From a bacterium (lineage in GTDB: Bacteria > Patescibacteriota > Minisyncoccia > Phycocordibacterales > PALSA-1337): a DNA stretch of 64,000 nucleotides. Below, one piece after another: positions 57,926-64,000 of the stretch. The DNA is taken from positions 6,543-70,542 of the forward strand of contig JANXZK010000010.1 in assembly GCA_025355565.1 (NCBI GenBank), in the 5' to 3' direction. The translations under genes and the position numbers were made by a program. Below the pieces are notes generated by a model. It was not told the origin of the DNA. It worked only from the letters and a program-made list of their open reading frames with translations, and ran no database searches. Each line of letters opens with the position of its first letter. The stretch's first letter is position 1.

Positions 57926-58297
57926 CTATGTGCAAGATGGCGCTCTTGTAGGTTGACTAGTTATTAGAAAATCATTAGAAAAATATGGGGAAACGAATTC
58001 TGCGAATGTGTGTATGTACTCGGTTGCGGGATCCTTGTATTCGCATGTGATCGGCAGGCAAAATATATGCTCTACACCAAACGCACCAGCGGATGTATTT
58101 ATGGAAACTTTCCCAGAAATCTGAGCTTTAGAAACCGCCGCCAATGGTTCAACGGAAATGAGTCTACCTTTGAATTCCCCGTTTACGACCAATACCAGGA
58201 AAAGCAACCGAAATCGTCTTCCTGACATGTCAGTAAACACCCTGGATATGAATCGTGGGACATCAAGCTGATTTTGCACGGGTAACATACTATTCAT
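57926..58297 (-). CDS. Leader ORF upstream of dnaK, candidate arrest peptide (ends SQPTRAPSCT)
   Basis: 123-aa ORF co-directional between grpE and dnaK, with its own promoter 6 nt before the ATG. Confidence 0.75.
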   Translation of the reverse strand: MNSMLPVQNQLDVPRFISRVFTDMSGRRFRLLFLVLVVNGEFKGRLISVEPLAAVSKAQISGKVSINTSAGAFGVEHIFCLPITCEYKDPATEYIHTFAEFVSPYFSNDFLITSQPTRAPSCT

Positions 58298-58303
58298 ACG
58301 ATA

Positions 58304-58332
58304 ATATTATCGAAAATGTTGCGTTAATGCAA
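58304..58332 (-). promoter_or_regulatory. Sigma70 promoter for leader ORF-dnaK
   Basis: TTGCAT-N17-TAATAT-N6-ATG on the minus strand. Confidence 0.6.
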
Positions 58333-58353
58333 ATATATATATATATTTTACAA

Positions 58354-58968
58354 TTAGGCTTTGAATTCCCCGACTTTTACTTTGGCAGCCTTCAAGAGCT
58401 TTCCGTTCAATAGGTATCCTTTTTGTATGATAGCGATGATGATCTGATCCTGTCCAGCATCAGTTACCGGCTCATAGGAGATAGCTTCGTGTTTCGCGTG
58501 ATCGAACTTTAGACCGACAGGATTTATCTCGACTAAGCCGTTATCAGCAAGAGCTTTCTTCAATTGTACAAATATCGACTCGACACCAATACGCCAATTC
58601 TTGTCTACCTTTTCCCATGATTCTTTATGGTTCAAAGCCATATCCCAATGTTCTAGAACTGGGATGATGTCGTATACGAGTTGCTCGTTGGCGAATTTGA
58701 TGAATTCCTTACGATTAGCTTCATCACGCTTCCTAGCATTGATAAAATCAGCTTTGGCTAACTGCCAACCAGTTAGATATTCCTGCTTCTCGGCTTCAGT
58801 TTTCTTTAGCTTTTCGCGCAGCTTTTTGATGATTTCGTCCGCATTTTCCTCGGCAACTACGGAATCGTCGATGGTATCGTCCTCGACTGCTATTCCTGCC
58901 CCCTTGATCGGCTCTATCTCGGAGATAAGTTCGACATCTGATTGATTTGTTTTTTTCTTTTTGAACAT
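58354..58968 (-). CDS. grpE: Nucleotide exchange factor GrpE
   Basis: ADFINARKR, FD...HEAI and QKGY.LNG.LL.AA.V.V motifs. Confidence 0.95.
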   Translation of the reverse strand: MFKKKKTNQSDVELISEIEPIKGAGIAVEDDTIDDSVVAEENADEIIKKLREKLKKTEAEKQEYLTGWQLAKADFINARKRDEANRKEFIKFANEQLVYDIIPVLEHWDMALNHKESWEKVDKNWRIGVESIFVQLKKALADNGLVEINPVGLKFDHAKHEAISYEPVTDAGQDQIIIAIIQKGYLLNGKLLKAAKVKVGEFKA

Positions 58969-59013
58969 GGATATATAGTAACCTGTAAACAGTAAACAGT
59001 AAACAATAACTGT

Positions 59014-59283
59014 TTACTCCCGAATCCTTACCATTTTTTTTACCACAGTAAGAACGATAAACAAAATGCCGCCAACGATGAGACCGATAGATCCAGAGAC
59101 GTCTCGCCAGTTGGTCGAGCCATATAACGCGTCGTATATGAGACCAGCGATGATCATCTCGATATAGAATCCAAAATTCCAGATGCCGATGAGCGCAAAT
59201 AGCAAAGCAAAATACCACCACGCCTGAACGAGGCAGAGGAAGATGGCGATGTCGATGATTACGCGGAAGGTGAGTTTTAGCAT
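59014..59283 (-). CDS. Small membrane protein, MreD-like by position
   Basis: Hydrophobic, with a GLIYDALYG motif; directly downstream of mreC. Confidence 0.55.
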   Translation of the reverse strand: MLKLTFRVIIDIAIFLCLVQAWWYFALLFALIGIWNFGFYIEMIIAGLIYDALYGSTNWRDVSGSIGLIVGGILFIVLTVVKKMVRIRE

Positions 59284-59341
59284 TGATATATAGTAACCAG
59301 TAATCAGTAAACATGGGTCGCTTCTGTTTACAGTTTACTGA

Positions 59342-60133
59342 TTACTGATCATGTTTACTTTTTTCAACGAGTACCCATCTCAATTGATATATATTGACTG
59401 GCGGTGCAAAAAGAATCGTTTCGAATGGTTCTGACGGATCAGACACCACAGCACTCACGATACCATACAAATTGCTCTTCAGGCTCGGGATTGATACGGG
59501 ATCGCCTTGAGAAACAGCTGTTGTACGTGGCAATTCCGCACTATATTGTCCCCCTCCTTGACCTACGGCCGTGGCAGGCACATTGGCGCCGCCTATCTGA
59601 ACACTGAATGTTTGTCCCGGTGAAGAGAACAGAAGGACTTTCGAAGAATGTGTCAGTACGTCAGTAATCCTGCCTATAGGGATCATGCCAGTAGCGTAGA
59701 CCATATTTCCAGCAATCAATCCTGTATCAGATCCGATATCCAACAACAACTCATCATACGGCGCGAACGGTGGCTTCGCGATCACCGCAGCAAGAATCCG
59801 ATCAGTCGTCGACGCTCTACCCATGAGTGCCTTCAATTGATCATTTTCTGAATTCAGTTCCGTGGCTGATCGTGATCTCACTTCTGATTCGTCCAACTTT
59901 CTCGATAGATCTTGATTTGCCGCGAGCAATGATTCGACTGAATCGAGCTGTCCGCTCGAAATGGAATATTCCACGCGCCAAAAAGGCCTGGCGACCGCCG
60001 TGAATAATCCGGGAAATACGCTAGGGAACGCAAAGCGAACAGCGATGATGACGATCATCATGATCGACACCGTGATCGTGACAGCTCGTACACTCCCACT
60101 CCTTCTCATGTTAGGAATTTGAATATATGTCAT
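59342..60133 (-). CDS. mreC: Rod shape-determining protein MreC
   Basis: TM helix, ENDQLK.LMG coiled coil, LDIGS..G and IGRI motifs; downstream of mreB. Confidence 0.88.
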   Translation of the reverse strand: MTYIQIPNMRRSGSVRAVTITVSIMMIVIIAVRFAFPSVFPGLFTAVARPFWRVEYSISSGQLDSVESLLAANQDLSRKLDESEVRSRSATELNSENDQLKALMGRASTTDRILAAVIAKPPFAPYDELLLDIGSDTGLIAGNMVYATGMIPIGRITDVLTHSSKVLLFSSPGQTFSVQIGGANVPATAVGQGGGQYSAELPRTTAVSQGDPVSIPSLKSNLYGIVSAVVSDPSEPFETILFAPPVNIYQLRWVLVEKSKHDQ

Positions 60134-61175
60134 CGTCAGTTTCTATAAGTACAGATCGATATCTCTCCAGATCTTCCAGGATGATGCCGGTTCCTCGAGC
60201 AATCGCGGTCAACGGTTCCTCCGATATCGTCACTGGCAGTTTCAGTGTCTGTGAAAGAAGGTCATCCAATCCGCGTATGAGAGCTCCGCCCCCAACCATA
60301 TGAACGCCGCGTATCATGATATCGGCCAAGATTTCGGGTGGTGTCGTCTCCAGGACTTCTCTAGCCGAGGCCACCAGCGTCTCTATCGACTGCGTCATGG
60401 CCTCGCGAATATCTCCGTCAGTGATGATCACCTCCCTCGGGAGCCCGGTGATAAGGTCGCGCCCACGTATGGTCGTCTCTATAAGATCGCCTGGAAGAAC
60501 CGTTCCCACCGCCAGTTTCACTTGTTCCGCAGTCGTTTCACCGATCAAGATCTTGAATTCATTTCGAATATAGGAAATGATATCATTGTTCAGTTTGTCT
60601 CCGGCGATCTTCAAGTTTTTCGAACGTACGATGCCTCCTAACGAGATCACCGCGATGTCTGTCGTGCCGCCACCAATATCGATGACCATGCTCCCGACTG
60701 GTTCGTGAACCGGCAGTCGTATACCGATCGCTCCTGCCATCGGCTGTTCGATGATAAATACTTCGCGCGCGCCCGCATTCTTCGTAGCATCACGCACGGC
60801 GCGGACTTCCACATTCGTCACGCCAGATGGCACACTGACGACCACTCGCGGACCCAAATATTTTTTTGGCATAAATTCACCTGCCAGCTTCATAAAATAT
60901 GAGAGCATCGCCTCGGTGACCTCAAAGTCGGAGATCACACCGTCAACGAGTGGTTTGATGGCAATGATATGAGCAGGTGTACGGCCGAGCATTTCCTTGG
61001 CAGCATTGCCAACGGCGACGACCTGGCCAGTCTTCTGGTTTACAGCAACGACAGAAGGCTCATTTACGACGATACCTTTGCCTCGCACATATACGAGAGT
61101 ATTCGCCGTACCGAGATCAATGCCGATGTCATTGGATGTTCGGGAAAATATCTTGCGTTTCAGTTCATTGAACAT
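60111..61175 (-). CDS. mreB: Rod shape-determining protein MreB
   Basis: IGIDLGTANT, NEPSVVA, DIGGGTTD and GGGAL motifs. Confidence 0.97.
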   Translation of the reverse strand: MFNELKRKIFSRTSNDIGIDLGTANTLVYVRGKGIVVNEPSVVAVNQKTGQVVAVGNAAKEMLGRTPAHIIAIKPLVDGVISDFEVTEAMLSYFMKLAGEFMPKKYLGPRVVVSVPSGVTNVEVRAVRDATKNAGAREVFIIEQPMAGAIGIRLPVHEPVGSMVIDIGGGTTDIAVISLGGIVRSKNLKIAGDKLNNDIISYIRNEFKILIGETTAEQVKLAVGTVLPGDLIETTIRGRDLITGLPREVIITDGDIREAMTQSIETLVASAREVLETTPPEILADIMIRGVHMVGGGALIRGLDDLLSQTLKLPVTISEEPLTAIARGTGIILEDLERYRSVLIETDDDIYSNS

Positions 61176-61205
61176 GCCCCAACATTACCATACTATTGAT
61201 TTTCA

Positions 61206-62444
61206 TTACAAGAAACTTGCCATCTTCTTCATCTCTACCTTGCCAGTCTTTCTCTCCTTTATTTCGATAGAATCTGACGCCAGAGTTTTTTCACTTATGA
61301 CATACCTCCATGGAATACCGATAAGATCGCTATCGCCAAATTTCTCGCCAGCGCCACAGTCACGATCATCATAAAGGACTTCTATACCCTTTGTGGTCAA
61401 TGAGTCATACAAGTCATCGGCAGCCTTCTTTACCTTATCATCTGAACCGAGCAATGCCACTAGATGCACCTTGAATGGCGCTACAGACTCTGGCCAGATG
61501 AGTCCTTTGTCATCGGACCATACTTCCGCGATCGTGCCCATGACACGACTCGGACCGATGCCGTAACAACCCATAACGACTGGCTTCAATGCGCCCTTTT
61601 CATCACCATAATTCAGCCCGAGAGCATCAGAGAATTTCGTGCCGAGGCTAAATATATTTCCAACCTCTATGGCTTTGCGTTCCTGTAGATCTGCACGCTT
61701 TACACCGAGATCCTTCAACACCTCTTCCGTAAGTACTTCTTTGTTGATGGCTATCTTCCTTGCTTCATGTACGTATATGATATCTTCTCCGGCCTCGCAT
61801 AGCGTTTGAAATTCATGAGAATATTTCGAAAAGGTGCCACCGCTCGCAAATGTTACATATGTGAGAGAGCCGATCCCCAGTCGTTCGTAGATCTTCATGT
61901 ATGCCGATCTAGCTTTCTCATGGTATTCATTGTGCGACTTCAGATCGACATTAAATGAGTACAGATCCTTCATGAGGAACTCTCGGCCTCGCAGGATGCC
62001 TGATTTCGCGCGTGCCTCATTTCTAAATTTGTTCTGGAATTGGTAGACAGCTTTGGGGAGATCCTTATATGAACGAATATGATCCTTCATGATGGATGTC
62101 AAAGCTTCTTCATGTGTGAAACCCAGTCCGACTTCAGTGCCATTCTTAAGTTTTGTTTTGAACCAGATATCCAATTTTTCATCGTCCCAACGATCAGTTG
62201 CTTCCCATTTTGCTTTATCCTGGAGCGCAGACATATACATCTCTTCACCACCTATCGCATTCATCTCTTCACGGATGATATTCACGATCTTATTCAATGT
62301 CCGTAATCCTAGAGGCAAGAAATCGTACACCCCAGCCATCTCTTTGTGGATAAAACCAGCGCGAATCAATAGTTGCGCATTTTTGGAAACCTCATCTTTC
62401 GGTGCCTCGCGGCGAGTCTTGGTGAATAGTTGGGATTGTTTCAT
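61206..62444 (-). CDS. proS: Proline--tRNA ligase (short, no editing insertion)
   Basis: LL.RAGFI, THEE, KFRNE.R...G.LRGREF.MKD and MGCYGIG motifs. Confidence 0.96.
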   Translation of the reverse strand: MKQSQLFTKTRREAPKDEVSKNAQLLIRAGFIHKEMAGVYDFLPLGLRTLNKIVNIIREEMNAIGGEEMYMSALQDKAKWEATDRWDDEKLDIWFKTKLKNGTEVGLGFTHEEALTSIMKDHIRSYKDLPKAVYQFQNKFRNEARAKSGILRGREFLMKDLYSFNVDLKSHNEYHEKARSAYMKIYERLGIGSLTYVTFASGGTFSKYSHEFQTLCEAGEDIIYVHEARKIAINKEVLTEEVLKDLGVKRADLQERKAIEVGNIFSLGTKFSDALGLNYGDEKGALKPVVMGCYGIGPSRVMGTIAEVWSDDKGLIWPESVAPFKVHLVALLGSDDKVKKAADDLYDSLTTKGIEVLYDDRDCGAGEKFGDSDLIGIPWRYVISEKTLASDSIEIKERKTGKVEMKKMASFL

Positions 62445-62459
62445 GCAGATATGATAGTA

Positions 62460-63557
62460 CTATTTTATCAGCTTCACAATATCTTTATACGTTACCACGA
62501 CCATGAGCAACATCAGTAACGAAAAGCCAATGATATTGACAACATTGAAAAACTTTATATGAATCCTGCGTCGAGTGATGCCTTCTATGATGACAAATAG
62601 CGTCCTCCCACCATCGAGCGCAGGAAATGGTATCAGATTGATGACTCCGAGATTGACGGAGATGAGAGCTGTGATCATGAGTAGGTATGTAAAACCGAGC
62701 TCGGCCGCGTTCCCGACGATACCCGCGATACCGATCGGACCGGAGACATCAGAAAACTTGGCCGTACCGCTAAAAATATTGCCAATAAATGTCGCGAGAC
62801 CGACTATCGTGTCGCGAATCATGACGATGGTGTAGTGTCCACCTTCATAAATAGAGGTGAAAAATGGAAGCCTGAGATCAGCGACATCTTGCATAGCGAT
62901 ACCGACAGCGTACTTGCCTTCGATGATGCCGGACTTTGGCGATATTGTTAGGGATCTCACCTTATCGCCTCTCTTTAGATCGAAGGCGATAGGCTTGCCC
63001 TGACTCACATTGATGGAATTCTGAATATCACTGACCTTGTTCACGGCTTGACCACTAACATCATGAACGGCAGTGATAACATCGCCAGCTTTGAGGCCGG
63101 CAACATCAGATGGGGATCCTGGGTTCACATCGGTGATCATCACTCGATCATTTGTAAAATGATCGGCATATTTCAGAAAACCATCCGGAGTAGCAGTTAC
63201 ACCGACATTAAATACGATGATGTATAGCAGCCATGCGAAAAGGAAATTGAATGCTACACCTGCGACGAGCACGCTCGTTTGTCTCCATCTATTCTTATGT
63301 ACAAAACTGCGCTCTTTGTCGGGTCCGTTTATAGAATCGTCGTCCGGATTTTCACCATGGATCTTCACAAAACCACCAAATGGTATCAGATTGACGCCAT
63401 ACTCCGTCCCTCCACGTTTCCACGAAAATATTTTCGGCCCAAAGCCGATCTTGAATGCGTCAACTCGGATCCCATTCCATCTCGCCAACAAAAAATGCCC
63501 GAGTTCGTGAACAAAGATGAGAACGGCGAGGACGATGATAAAGATGATGGCTGTCAT
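62460..63557 (-). CDS. rseP: Site-2 protease RseP
   Basis: HELGH, PDZ domain and NLIPFPALDGG motif. Confidence 0.95.
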   Translation of the reverse strand: MTAIIFIIVLAVLIFVHELGHFLLARWNGIRVDAFKIGFGPKIFSWKRGGTEYGVNLIPFGGFVKIHGENPDDDSINGPDKERSFVHKNRWRQTSVLVAGVAFNFLFAWLLYIIVFNVGVTATPDGFLKYADHFTNDRVMITDVNPGSPSDVAGLKAGDVITAVHDVSGQAVNKVSDIQNSINVSQGKPIAFDLKRGDKVRSLTISPKSGIIEGKYAVGIAMQDVADLRLPFFTSIYEGGHYTIVMIRDTIVGLATFIGNIFSGTAKFSDVSGPIGIAGIVGNAAELGFTYLLMITALISVNLGVINLIPFPALDGGRTLFVIIEGITRRRIHIKFFNVVNIIGFSLLMLLMVVVTYKDIVKLIK

Positions 63558-63565
63558 TATACTGT

Positions 63566-64000
63566 TTACTGCCCTAACACTTCCTTCTCTTTCTTCTCAT
63601 ACATCGCGTCCAGTTTCCTTACCAACTCATCGACTAGTTTCTGGGTGTCGCCTTTGAGACGAAAGATGTCGTCTTTACCATAACCGCCGCCCTTTTCCTT
63701 GGCAGTTAGGTCCTTGATGATGAAATCGCGGTGCTGACGGACCTGTTTCTTTGCCTCTTCTACCTTATCCTTGGCTAGCTTGGCAAAACTGGCACGTCTG
63801 TCAGCCGTAAGTTCAGGGAAATTCACCCGGAGCCCTTGGTCATCAACTACGACGGAAAGACCGAGATTTGCAACAGTGATGGCTTTTTCTATCTCCTTTG
63901 TCTGACTCTTGTCCCACGGAGCTATTCGTAGAGTTCTCGCGCCTTCGATGACGATGCTCGCAACTTCCTTGAGTCCCATCGGAGCGCCATAGATCTCGAC
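63566..64000 (-). CDS. frr: Ribosome recycling factor (5' end outside window)
   Basis: V..YG, I.PWD, IEKAI..ANLG, P.LT.DRR and KKEKE motifs. Confidence 0.95.
   Translation of the reverse strand, partial: VEIYGAPMGLKEVASIVIEGARTLRIAPWDKSQTKEIEKAITVANLGLSVVVDDQGLRVNFPELTADRRASFAKLAKDKVEEAKKQVRQHRDFIIKDLTAKEKGGGYGKDDIFRLKGDTQKLVDELVRKLDAMYEKKEKEVLGQ

Noticed and set aside
57796-59013. CIRCE/HrcA operator for grpE-dnaK
   Set aside because: No TTAGCACTC-N9-GAGTGCTAA match seen in the spacers.
1-64000. Alternative genetic code (TGA=Gly), prophage, retron/DGR or introns
   Set aside because: Conserved genes end properly at TGA (e.g. uvrB, dnaJ). No phage structural, reverse transcriptase or integrase genes are present, and the tRNAs are uninterrupted.

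Overview
This is a 64-kb chromosomal segment of a reduced-genome bacterium. The gene content suggests Patescibacteria/CPR (Parcubacteria-like; inference): short ProS, EF-Ts and UvrC, split transketolase, tRNAs without encoded CCA, and standard code with TGA as stop. Most of it is minus-strand housekeeping genes: frr-rseP-proS-mreBC(D)-grpE-dnaK-dnaJ-trpS-scpAB-ftsW-rpsB-tsf, gap/rpiB/rpe/tkt, uvrB/A/C-ddl, zwf, ychF, leuS, murG and gltX, plus six tRNAs. Accessory DNA includes a decayed liv (branched-chain amino acid ABC transporter) patchwork at 1-5.2 kb with two NYN RNase genes, a 1438-aa orphan protein, two Fic/Doc genes, a Cys-repeat surface protein and several stand-alone orphan cassettes. 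The best leads are: (1) both NYN genes have a convergent sigma70 promoter driving a short hairpin RNA across or up to their 3' end, a candidate RNase/antisense-sRNA module; (2) a 123-aa ORF with its own promoter directly upstream of dnaK, ending in QPTRAPS over alternative hairpins, a candidate chaperone-sensing arrest peptide; (3) a 237-bp palindromic element whose left arm recurs inverted 2.2 kb away. All calls were made by eye; no searches were run.
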